Of a stretch of DNA of 64,000 bases, positions 42,656 through 56,962 are shown piece after piece. The notes under the pieces are model-generated. The model worked only from the letters and a program-made list of their open reading frames with translations. It was not told where the DNA came from and did no database searches. Within the stretch, counting starts at the first letter, position 1, and the number at the start of each line of letters is the position of its first letter. The stretch lies in assembly GCF_964204865.1 (NCBI RefSeq), contig NC_135251.1, forward strand, positions 14,322,001 through 14,386,000. The letters are read 5' to 3'. This stretch comes from Styela clava. Taxonomy: Eukaryota. The translations under genes were made by a program, and so were the position numbers.

Positions 42656-43081
42656 GCCTCTCCCTCCATCACTGTAGCCAAACCATTTCGTTCTATCCAA
42701 AAGTTGCCGCTTGCATATCAGTGACTACCCATACGGAATAACTGTCACGTGGAATGCCTTAACCCTTTAACAGTCAACGCATTATATATAGCACACGGCA
42801 TCTATCTAACAATGGAGATTCGCAAGGAACTATTTATTGACATGAATGAATTATACATAAAAAAAAACTTACGTGCCCGATAAAACACCATAAATATAAA
42901 CAAAACTTGATTCGATAAACTGTGCCAGGCATTGTTCGTTAAGGCTGTAGAGCAGGTGTTTGGATGGACTTTAACATACTTTTCCAGGCTGGAAAGTACT
43001 GTACTTCCGTGGGGAAGTACAGAAGTTGCGGTAACCACTAAATAGGCGTCGGAGAATGATATTTCACAGTACGGATATGTT

Positions 43082-43490
43082 TAAGCTTACCATATTTCCC
43101 GCTTTAGGCGAGACAGTCCCGCTTTTTAGCGTTTTGTCCCGCCGTCCCGACAAGTCAGCCAAAAGTCCCGCGCCTAAAGAATGCGTTTGTTTCCCCGCTA
43201 ACATTGTTAGAAAACGTATCTCACATGTACAACCAATACTAATTAGTCTAAATTCGAATTATTTGTACCGGTATCGTTAACGCCAATTCCTTTCTATTTT
43301 TCCAACTGAACCCGATATTTGGCCAGAGAATATGCGCATTAGTTTTCGATGGCAATATGGCCAATGAAGACAGCCTCAAATGTAGGCCCATGTAGTAAAA
43401 TCGGAAAATGTAAAGTTACAAAATCACAACTAATGGGTCCTTGTCTTTAGAGGCGTCCCACTTTGAAGTCACAAAAATATGGTAACCTTA
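43082..43490. mobile_element. hAT (Blackjack-like) MITE
   Basis: TIRs TAAGCTTACCATATTT / AAATATGGTAACCTTA, GTCCCG subterminal repeats, and TSD gatatgtt / gatatgta (7/8). Confidence 0.85.
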
Positions 43491-44907
43491 GATATGTATA
43501 TATGCTAATTTTAATATACTATCAGGATAGTTACGGAATCAGGAAAGCGGACAAAAACCACTGAGTATAAATACTAGATAATTTGAGTTGAAAGAAATAG
43601 CGTAGTATGCGTTTTTTACCTGAAAATATGTTACAACAGTCCGATACAGTGATAGTTCAGCAGAGGAATCAGGTATATTTTAACTCCAGTTGTCTAAGTT
43701 TACAGTCATTTTTAACGATTAATTGATAATATTTGAATATATTGGTATATGTTTGAACCTACTGCAGCGTTTGTCAAATGCAACGCCCAATAGAACTAGC
43801 AAAACATTTAAAATAGGACCAAGGAGCGCACTGAGCGCCTTCAACCATACGCCAAATTTCGCCGATGTGTTCTCAGTACAACGTCATCGAAGGACCATGC
43901 TAATTTGCGTTCACTTTCGGAAAGGTTGAGTTTTAAAAATTGACTCTCCTAAACGAAGTCCATTTTATATGAGCTGTAATGGCTAAAAATATCAAAAAAT
44001 TACATAGAATAAAATTCATAACAAAGGTTTTTCGGTGATAATTTTTTTTCTTTCTATTGAAAAAATAAAATGAAACAATAAATCAATTTATGAGGTCCAA
44101 TTCATAACATCATAAAATGGATTCGACATCAATTTGATCTCCAGTATACCATATTCGATTAATAATATAATACCAATTATACAGTCAAAAGAATTCATAG
44201 TCCATGATGTATGAAGGTTTAATTCCAATATTTGAATAATTCCATGATCCAATTGATTTGTATTCCACCATACCAATATCGTCAGCATGATATAAAGATC
44301 CAATTTGTCCATAGAGGTTATATATAACATAGCACATATTTTGAGAAAATGAAAAAAAGAAAAAAAAATGTTAAAAAAAAATAATACGACCATAATCTTA
44401 TCTTGTAATTGATATTTGAATATAATACAATAAACATAATCAATTCAAACCATATAATTTCTAAGCCCAAAATAGACAGGTAATAAAAAATACACCAAGT
44501 TATTCTATGGGGGTTTCCCCATTCGCCACTTATGTTCACATAACTCTTTTTCTCCTTTAAAAAGTGAAGAAAAAACAGCAATACACTCGATCACAAGAGA
44601 GCTATGCTCAAAATATGAACACGTAGCGCCACATAATTTTATTGACGTCATATTAAAAAATAAAAGTAATAGCCTTCTAGAGAAATATTCCATCTTCAAC
44701 CACTGAAAATTTCAAAGCAATTGGTCTAGTAATCAAAGAGAAAAGCGATTTTTTCAAAACGATACAAAGAACAAGAACAACATAATATTGAAACGATCGT
44801 TATGTCACCTACGTGTCCAATAATACAACAACTTCATCTAGTAAATCATAATTTTCATGTTATCACAATTAACATACAATTTTATCATGTAACTATGTAA
44901 ATATTTT

Positions 44908-47640
44908 TTAGATGATGAATATAAAAAACAGCATCACAGATTTTTCTAAAAGAATTTCAATCTTTTCATCTCCTAATATTTTCTTTTTCATAAACTCATT
45001 CATAACTCTTATAGATCCTATCACCACGCATTTAAACATCGTTCGAAATACAGACTGATAGGTTTCCAAATCTTGAAATACTATGTCATTTCTGAAATTC
45101 CAAATCGCTGCTTTACCACAAGAGATAATTAGGTTCACTGATTCAATTTCAACATCTTGGGTGAAAATACTAGGTTCTGTATAATTTGATAAATTTAGCC
45201 ACTTCCAAAAATGTTTTGTATAATCACAATTAAAAAATAAATGCATACAATCTTCTATCTGTCACAAAATAAGCAATTGCCATTTGCTACATCTGACCAA
45301 TGTCTAATTCGTTATTCCATTGGAAGCCCATTTTGTAAAATCTTTCAACTTAACACTTGATTTTTTCTGGGAGTATAATTTGCCCACACTTCATTCCCAC
45401 TAAAATTAGGTCTTGAATTAAATTTAGAAATAGTCCCAAAACGTTTCTGTTTCCATTGGTCAATGTTAAACTTTTTTAATGATCTTCTATCAAACATTTT
45501 TGTTGTGGGATTTTCAGGAAAACCGTATTTAAAAGACATCAAGACGGGATTATGATCACCAGTTTTTTTCTCTCAATAAATCTTACCATTCTTGAGGAAT
45601 TGATCTTAAAATTTTCTGAACACACCAAATCACATTCCTTATTTTATTTTTTTGCTTCATTTTCAGCCAAGTTTCCTATTTTATCTTCTCCATATATTTT
45701 TTCAGTAATTAGTTTACATGATAAATTAACAATAGGCTATGCTCTATTTTCGTTATATTTGCCTTAATCCAATTACTTACATCCTCTGTATGATTTCTCA
45801 AATTAATCAATAGATTAAACCAAATATACTCTAAAATAAATTTCGGATCTTGGTTTTAAAAGAATTTCTTTGTATATATATTTAAAGCCCTGAAATAGTT
45901 GACAATATTTGTGTAAAACTGAGGTAAAGATTTTTTTAAATTATTTCTCAAACTCACATAGATAATTTCAAGATTAGAGGTTTCAAGTTTAGTGTAATAG
46001 CTATTAATATATATTTTGGCTCTGCCACTCCGTGGTGCTACCATTGATCAATTTCTACAACCATTTTAGTTGAATACTCCTGATCTGCAATTCGAGATCA
46101 ATACATCCTAAACCACTCTGCATTTTACTAGCACAGCATACACTCCTGCTTATATATTCTTGTTTCCCCCCAAAATTTCTAAGTTAATTTTTTTAAAGTT
46201 GACAAAAAATTATAAGGTACTATTCTAAAAGATGCTAAACACCAAACTTTTGACAGCAGTAATTGTTTAGTGATTATATTCTTTCCAATCATTGTTAGGT
46301 TCCTACCACGTCATAAATTTATAACATTTTGAATTCTTCATATAACTGGATTCCAATTTTTATCAAATTTAATTTTATCATTTCCTATCCAGCAACTTAA
46401 TACTGATATAAGGTCCCTGGAAACGTTAAGTTCACGAACCTAAATAATTGGCAAGTTTACTAAATTGCCACATACTAGTATTTGTGATTTATTTTTATTC
46501 ATATAGGTCCCTGTTGCTTTTTCAAAATGTTCAATAACATTCATAGATACACATAAAGAATAGTAATCCCTCAAAGTCGACAATGCGTCATCTTATATTT
46601 TTGTTCCTCATTCGCTACATTAATAAAACCTCTAATTTGTGGATTATTTCTAATATTACATGCAAATACTTCAGCATATAAAGTATCGGAGACAGTGGAC
46701 AACCTTGCCTTAAAACTGTTTCAACTATAAATTCCTTGCCAATATAACCATTGGTTATAATTTTCGAATTCATCTTTGTATAAATAAATTTTTGTAAGAG
46801 ATATCCAAAATGGCCCGAAATTGAATTTTTTTAAAACTTTAAACAAAAATTCCCTATACACACTATCATAGGCCTTCTCCCAGTCTATTGAGAACAATAA
46901 GAGATCAGTTTTTGAATAGTTTGCATGGAAAATATCATCTCGAATTGTTATCAAATTTTCATGTATATTTCTGCCATACACAAATCCCGTTTGATCTGGA
47001 TGAGTCAGTTTAGGAAGTTTATATTTAATTCGATTACACAATATTTTGGTAAAAATTTTATAATATAAATTAAGTAATGAAATAGATCTCCAATTGGTTA
47101 ATTTGTTCCTTCCAACTTTTTTATACAATAAAGTAATTATTGGCTCTGCCATAGTTTCGGTAAGTTGTCCAGAAGCTATACAACAATTATATACAACGAG
47201 TAAAATAGTTTTGACTTTGCCCCGGCATATTGTATAAAATTCCTTCGTAAGACCATCTAGGCCCTTTTTTTTTCAAATAATCTCTGCTCTTCCTGTATAT
47301 CATTAACATTTGTAAGGATTGTACCATCAACTGTCTCCAATTCTTTAGAAAGTTTAATTTGCCCTCTATGTTTCTCTAAATTGAAATAGTAAGAACTAGA
47401 TTTTTCGCCTTTTTCATGCCATCTTATTCTACTTCTTATAATATTTCCATGCACTTTTTTTTTCGATAAATTATCCAACTCCTCTTTTTTTAATTCAACC
47501 TCGTGTCTTTTTTCTATATCAAACCTATTATTTTCATAATCCATTAGAGCTTTCTGGTATTTATTTATCATCGAATTTTCTTTTGCTTCTCCCCAAGTTT
47601 TCAAGCATTTTCCACAGTATATTGCCCAATGTTTAATTTT
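44908..47640 (-). mobile_element. Degenerate 5'-truncated non-LTR retrotransposon (L1/Tx1 clade) ORF2
   Basis: Fragments IIRSRIRWHEKGEKSSSYYFNLEK, NWRSISLLNLYYKIFTKILCNRIK, HPDQTGFVYGRNI, IDWEKAYDSV, LRQGCPLSP (about 46690-46715) and C-terminal HLFFNC, broken by many stops and frameshifts. Confidence 0.88.
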
Positions 47641-48020
47641 AGCTGTGATCCCACCTCATCTTTAAACGTGTATACATGTTCAGAATGTCGTTTACACAAC
47701 AATTCAAAGTAAATTTCTGTTTTTCATAGTACGAATAATTACTCCGGCGAATAATTATCTCGGCGGGTTGCGTTAAACGAATCAGGTGGTTTCAACATAT
47801 CAAGTATGAATCATACTTGAAACACAGCAGTACGTTTGTAAAATAAGATGTAATTAAAGTAACTGCAAGTTGTGTAGAGATTGATGCTATAGTTGTAACT
47901 GAAGATCGTCATTTGCTTTCGGTGCTGACTCTGTCTGGTTTATCTGACTTATACGAGCATCAGTTTTGGCAAGCCGTGGGGGTGTTGCTGTCGTACACCT
48001 TGATTTGGAACCTATTTTAA

Positions 48021-51000
48021 ATGAATACTAACAATATGACAGCAACGGCAGGCTATCAAAGCGAAGAGCTTTTTCGTAATATGAATAATCTGCTCGGCAA
48101 TACGTTAGACCTGCGCGGCATCAATGAAGGAGCCTCCACTTCAGCAGGTTCGTTTTACAGACTGTTGTGATTCTGATTTTTTGATCGATGACTTCATATC
48201 TTTATTCATCAAAATTATATAACAGAACCAACCAGAGATAGCTCGTATGCGGCTTGGTCAGCACAGGCTGGTTCACCCAACAAGCAAACGACAGGGTCTG
48301 GCAACGCAAACAGTCAAGGTGGTGTTTTTGCTATAAATAACGTTTCATAATCCATTTGATTGTTGTCGCTTTACTCACTAACTTACAATAAAACACTACA
48401 TGAGCAAAAAAGGCTTTTATTTCACGTTTATTAGTTTTACTAAATTTTATTTTGTATAATTCGAAACCGACGATTGTGTCTAGGAAACAATGGCAGAGAA
48501 GTTTCGGATTTCATCAACAAGATCAGTGGAATGAAAAAGGAATTGACCTCTTCAAATAGCAATAATAATAACACCAACAGTAACACAGAAAATTTGGTTA
48601 ATATTATCAACCATCAGCGAGAAATGGCGGCAAAACAGATGGCAAAAAACACGGACGTACAGCAAAGACTGAAGGAACTGCAGCATCCAGGGATAAGTAT
48701 GCGTCGCACAGTGCCGGACGTTCATCAAGTCCCTGCCTTTGACTATCCGATTATTCCTGAGGGCTACGCAAACAAGTTGGATATTGACACTAGCATTCGA
48801 CAAATTATGAATCGTTCTGCTCGCCGAGGTAGAGTATGATACGTGATTGCATTTTGTTTGTCATCCATCTTTGTCTTAAATTTCCAGCGTAGACTAATAC
48901 TATGTGTAATGTACATCTGTGTTTTGCTTTTTATAAGGCGTTCAACTTGCACTTCTCATCGGCTGCGTGATTTCAAAATGTGACACGCTCAGTAATGACC
49001 CTGTGTTAGGTTGTTTGTTACCTTTTTCAGATATTAGTGTATTTTCTGGCGTACGGAGATCCTTTTTTTTAAAGAATCTTCCTGCAAGTACACAGAATCG
49101 TTTTTGTACATTAAGTAAAATTTTTGTAGTAAATAAATATAGTTTCAGGTAAGATTATATTAATTTTAAGCTGACGGACTCCGCGCAAGAACACCAGATC
49201 CTGGCGATTTCGCTTCGCTCATTGGACCGCCTCTTCTGTGTAAGTTTATGAATTTTTATTAACTGGTACTAAAAGTGTAGATATTGGAATCAATTACTAA
49301 CTTTGTTCAAAAAGATGAATTCATTTCTGAAATAAAGTAGATCATGTTCAATTTAATAGATTAATGTTAGAAAACGACTAAAACGAGGTATACCGGGTCG
49401 CCTTTACATACCTACTCCCCAGCGTTTTTCTAATATATATATACATATATTCATTGTTTCAGTTAAACATTTTCCTTTAAAATTCAAAATGGTCTCTGCT
49501 CCATTATTTTTTTTTGACATGCGATTTGGATTTCTCAGGTCATTTTTACATTATATAAGCTCCATAACATACTGACTAATGGTATCTTAATGATTAATTT
49601 AAATATGATAAATCATGACTCTCCCAGCTCCACAGGAACTCCAACAAACCCTGTCATTGAGCATGGAAGGTGCACCGCTCCATCTTAGTACATTGAACAG
49701 CGATGGGCTAAGCACACATTCATCTCATGACGCAAGTGGCTCCAGTATGAATTCCAGCATTTTGAGTTCTGGATCTGATCCGATGTCCATATCAGAATTA
49801 GTGGTAACTGTTTTTATTGTGCTTTATTAGGCATGTACGTGTACAATATAGAATAAAACTAAGACTATAACTTTCTCATAGTTGAAATAAATACAACGAA
49901 ATGATTACATTTTTAGAGTGGAATTCAAGGTCTCCATATGGGACCAAGTCGCAATTCAATATCTGGTCGATCCACTCCAATTGTGCCCAGTCCTACAGAC
50001 TGGTGCGATGCGTCCACCCCGCGACAATATTACAACCCCGATGGCGACATTGGCATGATTAACCCGTTCTCCTCAGAGCAACTGTTGGATGTTGCTTCAT
50101 TATATGGAGTCTCTGACAAAATGGAATATGACGCAAGACTTCATCGTTCCGCTGCTGGTAAAGTTTATTTTATCGATTTTCAAATCAGAAATATGAATGT
50201 TAATTTTATTGCCAGAGCAATCAAAAAGCCCAAGTCTTTTAAATTAGGTCAACAAAATTTTTCTGTAGTTTGGTATATGATGTATGTCCATCATGATATA
50301 ATATTTCAAATAAATATTATATTACATAATTATATAATTGGGAGTTTTCTTAAAGTTTGATGAGTAAAAATTGTGTGATATTTTAAATTTCATGCCACTC
50401 GCATTACAGCGTCGTGTGAGGCGACCTTTACTTGGAGCGGGCATCTTCCTATTCGCCATTACGTTGCGCCCACTTATTCACCAAAGGTGTTTCTTGGTGG
50501 AGTACCGTGGGACATCACCGAAGGTATGGAGAATATAATATTTTTGTACAAAATGCTTCCAAATCACACAATATAAAAATGGATTGCTATAAGTGTATTA
50601 TAAAATCTGCTTTTATCATCTTGCAGCGTCATTCCATCTGACTTTCAAACCATACGGACTAGTTCGGGTTGAATGGCCAGGAAAAGACACCAAAGGACCT
50701 CGCTATCCTCTACGAGGTTGGTTGGCTGAAAATTACTGAATGTATATCATTTCATATGAAAAGTATCTCCTTATTATTTATATCAGTGGTTTTCAAAGCC
50801 TTTTTTTCTAGAAACATCCCAAGAAACCCCTGTGCAGTAGTCCAACTGTCCTTTAATGTCTGAATTGTATGAACAGTAAATATGAGGCCCAATAGGTGTT
50901 TGATTATATTCAAACAATATGATTTGAATGGAAAGGCGGGAACCCCTGGACTGTATTGGCGGAAACCTAGGGTGCAGCGGCGCCACGGTTGAAAACCAAC

Positions 51001-53103
51001 GCTCTGTATACACCATATGTCCATTAATATTGCAGGCGCTAATTAAAAAGAGTGGCAACAAACATCCATGGCTATGACAGTATTTTTCATTTTTTAAATT
51101 TACTCATTGATTGAATGAAAAATTGTGTGCAGCTGGATACGTTTATCTGCTATTTGAAAGTGACAAGTCCATAAAAAGTCTCCTGCATAACTGTACTCGA
51201 GATGTCACAACCAACGAATGGTTCTTTAGGCTGTCGAGTAGACGCATGCGCAGCAAAGAAGTGCAGGTATATTTTCTTGTCTCATTGTTGTTCAACATTC
51301 TAATTAAACTGCACTTACTGTTATTGCGAGTTTCGGGGTTTTTGGACCCCATATTTTTGAAAGAACTTTTGTTCGCGCCTTTCTCTTTGCACAAGGCAAT
51401 GTATAGGTAGCCATTGATATCGAACGATATATTGAAGGAGCTCTCCACAGACTCTGCAGTCGAAGTAGTCTAGCGCACAATTTCATCCATCTCGGTTGTG
51501 GTTCGTATGGAGGATTTGTTCTTAGTGAGCCCAAAGACGTCGGGTTGTCAGTGAATCGCTGACGCATAGAGCGAAGTAGTGTTAAAATATACGAGTTTGT
51601 GTCTCATTGCTAATGCCGCAAATTCTCCTTTCAAAAAGTATACTGTTAAAATTTTGGGAACCATGGCCCCCACCTGGGTACGCCTATCATTGTTCCATAC
51701 GTTAATGATGTTTTCAGATAATACCATGGGTGATCACGGATAGCAATTATATGCGGGTTTCATCTGCTCGGTTGGATGCCAACAAGACCATCTTCGTTGG
51801 AGCTCTTCATGGAATGCTGACGTCAGAAGGTCTTGCACACGTAATGAACGATCTGTTTGGTAATGTTGTGTATGCTGGAATAGACACTGACAAATACAAG
51901 TACCCAATAGGTGAGTCACGGTTTCACCCTTAAAAGTGACTTTATTAGGTTTACATGCGCTTGGTAAAATACAGAAATTTGGTTTCGGTAATGACAACTA
52001 GCTTTATACAATAGAATGTTCGTTGATAAACATTCTCCAAACACTACATCGATCAATACCTACAATGCCTAAAGATAGTAATATTGAATTCTATAGTTTT
52101 TTTGATGATTGGGTATCAAATAATTCATTTACGTAACGACTGAACTTTTTTATTAACCCACAAGTATCGAGTGAGCACTTCCACGGCGTTCAACCATCGG
52201 CTCTGTTGTGCAATATTTGAACGCATTTTTACAATGTATTAAAGGATCTGGCCGGGTTACCTTCAATACTCACAGCAGTTACATGAAAGCAGTGAAAGCT
52301 GCATTTGTTGAAATCAAGACTCCGAAATTCTCCAAGAAGGTTCAAATCGATCCATATCTCGAGGACAACGCTATGTGCAATCTGTGCCAAGCTCAATCTG
52401 GCCCATATTTTTGCAGAGATCTTCCGGTGATTTAATATGATATTGTGCAAATATGTCGCTTTATATCGATGATAAATAAAGCACAACCGTTTTGCTAACA
52501 TCGGTGGTGCTTTATTTATCATCGATATGAATTTACCTGGTGGCAATAATGCGCTAGGTCGCTTTATGAAGAAATTTATGATTAATGTTAACATTGACCA
52601 TTCCTTATTTCTTAACTCGTCTAAGATTATTACGGGTAGTCTGCGTCAAATCAAAGCTTTCAAAATTCCGATAGCTACGTTTTTATGTGCCAATATTTCT
52701 ATAGATTGTGCATGCCAAATGTTAAAAATATTTATTTAAATACGACTAAAGGCGATAAAAAGATATTGTGTATTTTGTAAGTCAATTTATTGATATTTTA
52801 ATTTTGCAAAAATATCTTAAGATGATAGTTGTATTCCGATTAGTTGGAGTTACCAAATTACATTTTGACAAATTATTATTTCGTGTCACATCCATGTTCT
52901 TCTTACTTTTCCAAAGTATTGTTCGAATCAAATCTTTTACTAATTAAAAGTAATTCTAAATCAAATTGGCAGTTGAAATAAATTCTTGGATTTTTTAGGA
53001 TTGCTTCAAGTACTACTGTCGTCAGTGCTGGGAATGGCAGCATTCAATTGGCGATCTCCGTAATCATCGTCCACTGATGAGAAACCAGCGTAGACGATAT
53101 TGA
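48021..53103 (+). CDS. CPEB1: Cytoplasmic polyadenylation element-binding protein 1 (CPEB1/Orb subfamily; 2 RRMs and a ZZ zinc finger)
   Basis: In-phase exons 48021-48147, 48226-48318, 48484-48828, 49171-49239, 49628-49803, 49917-50157, 50410-50523, 50627-50716, 51133-51266, 51718-51910, 52245-52426 and 52999-53103. Motifs: [110 protein letters not shown]. Confidence 0.93.
50784..51001. mobile_element. hAT (Charlie-like) MITE in a CPEB1 intron
   Basis: Termini cagtggttttcaa ... ggttgaaaaccaacg. Confidence 0.6.
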
Positions 53104-56100
53104 GAAAATGTATTTGCATCACACATTTAGGTTTGATTTGGTGCTGGGATCGGTGAAACAAACTTTTTATTTTCGAATTTATTTTTTCACAAACACGTTC
53201 AATGAAATAGTGAGTTTTTTTGCCATTCATCATATATACATACACACGTACATATTTTGCTTCGAAGTCTATTGTAAAGCCTTCGCCGCCGCTTTGTGCC
53301 AAACTCCACCTATTTATCAATTTCTTAATTAATTTCTTAACCCGGGCTTTGTGCCATGTTATCGTTTGGGGGAGGATGCTGTTGTTTAATTGGTGTTATG
53401 GGGTTTATTTGCGTTTTAGTATGCCTATTGCGTGCAGTTTTACATCATATTGTCATGCTTTCGTGACATGAATTTATTATATTATTAATGTTAAATGAAT
53501 TTCAGAAAATTTGGTACCGAAAAACAGTAGCATTGGGTATATCGTCCAGAACTGCCTACAATTATCTGAAAGAGCTATAATAATTAGGAAGGACATACAG
53601 TTCTCGATGTTATTTCTAATGCTATTGACAGTTTGAAAACACTTGTGGTGGTTAAGAGTTTTAGTGCGATCAATTTTACTAATATGTTGTTCATGAGGTT
53701 ATGTATTTTATCCAATTTTGTAGTATCAGACGTGTCAAATTCTTATGATTAAATATATTAACCGTTGAAAGGGATTGTTTTATGCAATAGGTGGATACTG
53801 CAGTAGCGAGTAATAAATTGCCACCTTTGCAACATTTATGAACATTTTAACGTTGATTTTTTTGAACTTCTGTTTCAGTTACTTTCATTTCGATAAACTT
53901 TGTTCCAACCTTACTTGTTTAATTCAGATTTTAAGTCGTCTAGTCAAAATATCATCTACAATGAAATGAACCCATTTTAGCATAGACACTTTACATTTTA
54001 ATTAATCCTAATATTTCAACTTTTACTGGTTATTTTAGTGTCAAATAAATGAGTTTTAGGCATTCCTCCCCCTCTCGAATGTTGGAGTTTTTTGTTTGCG
54101 TCAATTTTTATGTTCTTGATTATTTTTTTCACAAACCCACCCGCCAGCATTGCGGGTGCTTGATAAGTTTCCTCCCAGCAAATTTATACAACCTTATTGT
54201 TCATTTTGTGACCAGCTAAATTTTTGTGCATTTGGTGTAACACAATATGCGTTATGTTCCGCTTATGAGAATGCCAATTGAATAAATGCCAAACACCACA
54301 GCTGATTCTTTGCATTGTTTGTGAGGTGAATCGGGGTTGGCAAAGTTTGCGGAGAATTTAAATACGGCTGATCGCACTGCTCGTGGCTCCACCGTGTGTG
54401 GTTGTCGGGATGGTCATTTGTGGAAGAGTTGCTTGGAGTAATAGTCGTCTTAAGGTGATTCACATGTCGACTTTTCGCATAGAAAATTAATTGGTAAATA
54501 TTTACATTCACCTTGCAATTAAGCTGTGGTGTATCTGCTCTCCTTTACAACTTTTGGACAAATATTAAAATCATGTCCTATATGAAAATAGGACTAAGGA
54601 ATCGGCACTACAATCGCTGTGATCCATTGCGTAATAATTGTAATTGCAAAACTAGATTTGTTAAAGATAAGGACAACGTATATACATAAATATATCTATT
54701 ACCGCAGTTAAACGGACCTGCCATAATTGCAGTATTTAAGCGGACGTCGTTCCTGTGTCCGTACCATTGTTTTTAAATACGTACACGGAGAGCGCGAGAG
54801 CCGTTGACAACTACGGAGAAAAAGAGTCAACAGAATCCTCTCGATAACGGACATAAAATTTTTGTCCGCTTAATTCGTCCACCTAATTCAGACCACGAAA
54901 TGTTTCAGCCTATTTCGCCACTAAGCCGGACCTCTTTTATATGTCACCCTGAATGCTACATAAATGATGTTGCTTTTGAAAATAATAACTTTTCAGTGCA
55001 TAACAAACACTTATTAATTCGCACAGCATATTGTTTATTTGACATCTATAAATGTAAACGGATATTCATTTTAGTACTACACATTTTGAAGTGTATGACC
55101 TCGCTTTAATTTCTGATGGATTCGAACCATGCAGCAATATTTATCACAGAGAATAGCGTTTCTTTTTCGATATTCAGTCTGTCGTACAAGGGAGCTGCAC
55201 TGTGTTTGGTGTTAAAAACATTCTTCCATGTCAAAAAATACTCAAAATGCAACGTGAAGGTAGAAAAACGAAACAAATTAATCCGAACGTGTTATGTATT
55301 TAAAACTGAGAAATACACAGAGCTTATCACAAATGAACAGAAAATCCCAACCAGAAATTTTGAAAAGATATATGAGATTGCTGAAAGGAATACAGGACTT
55401 CAATATTTGCTTGGATGTAGTCCACCATCAAACAATTCCAAGTTCGTAAACTAGAAAACGTATTATACCTTTCCGCTCGTGAGTCACCTTATGCCTCATC
55501 CGATCTGGAAGAATGCTTATCGCTCATCGACAAATATTTTGAACTGGAAATTTTTACACAATATCTCCTTTTCCCGTTCAGTTACGCTGTTTCTGGCAGT
55601 GTTTACGTGAAGTCTTTTGAATCTGGTATAAACTGTTAACTTCTGACATCTAATTTGAAGTAATAAATTTATATATATAAATCCTTGCGAGTGTTCGCTT
55701 TCGAGTTTTCTCAAGTTTTATGGGAGAGCAACACAATTTACTTTTATAAAACTAATAACATAATATATATATAATATATTTCTAGCATAAATGGTCAAAA
55801 AACACCTTTTATATTGGTGGAAACGACATAGCTAAAGAAGGAGATTGGAAGTGGCAGGATGGTACTGATGTAATAATGAGAGGAGAAGCGAAATATCAAA
55901 ACTGGTTTGTTTCCTAATTTTATCTAAGGAAATTGCAAAAACATAGACAATATATTTGGACACGAGTAGGTTGCAGTATTATAATTGCTATTCTCATAAC
56001 GTGAATTTGTCGGGATTTTCAATATTACAGGAGCAGTAATCAACCCAACGACGGGGCCACCAACCTCCATGATAAAGATTGCTTTTATTCAGTTGGCAGA

Positions 56101-56726
56101 AAGCGGTACCAGTGCGTTGATGTTTACTGTAATGAAAACTTCTAATACATTTGCCAGAAAGGTAATATTGATTTTTCTCTGTTCGTTTCATGAACTAACT
56201 CACCAAGATTATTATGTGTCATTTATCTTCAAATTCCGCATCGGGATTCAATGGCTCTTTCTTTAAAATACAAAGCATCAAAGGCAACCAGAGAAGGTAT
56301 TTTGCAACAAACTGCAGCACCGCGACACAAGTTGAAGGGTACAAAGCATGTAACAAAGTATCAACCGAAACTACAAGAAGAGTCCATCAATTCTTACAAA
56401 CCGGATCAGCAACATTGAATCTTCGAAACGCAAATATTGCAGATGGTGGATCTTACAGTTGTCGTTATCGAATTCGTAAAACTTAGAATTCTACATCGGT
56501 ATCACATGAAGGTAACCATAATTAATTATTTTGGTTTGTAATCTTTGCCTATTAATCTTGTGTTATTTATTTTTCTGTGGCTGGAAATCCCACAATTCAT
56601 CAAATATCGAATAACACCTGCAACTCTAACTTGATCATCTCATGGCAACCAAATAAAAAGGTATTTGGATCCCCACACAAGTGAGTTGACCATTATGCAT
56701 ATTTATGCATCAAGTACAAGATTTTG

Positions 56727-56962
56727 GGTGCTCCCGAAGTATGCGAACCAAGATGGCGGACATCGGAACGTAACACGGGTAACAGGTTAGGGTTAGGCGA
56801 TAATTTTTTTCCAATTTTCCTTATTTTAGTCCTATTATCAGTTCGAAGACTAGCCAAGAGCCTCCCGTAGTATTTATACCTAAAATTATGGCCTAACCCT
56901 AACCTAGTACACATATTACATTCCGATGTCCGCCATCTTGGTTCGCATACTTCGGGAGCCCC
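56727..56962. mobile_element. Foldback MITE with GG termini and 8-bp TSD (Merlin-like); related fragments at about 18293-18380 and 61077-61105
   Basis: Long TIRs ggtgctcccgaagtatgcgaaccaagatggcggacatcggaa / ttccgatgtccgccatcttggttcgcatacttcgggagcccc; TSD agattttg / agattatg. Confidence 0.85.

Noticed and set aside
44088-44699. Short hydrophobic ORFs downstream of the LINE
   Set aside because: They are AT-rich overlapping frames with no recognisable motif or splice structure.
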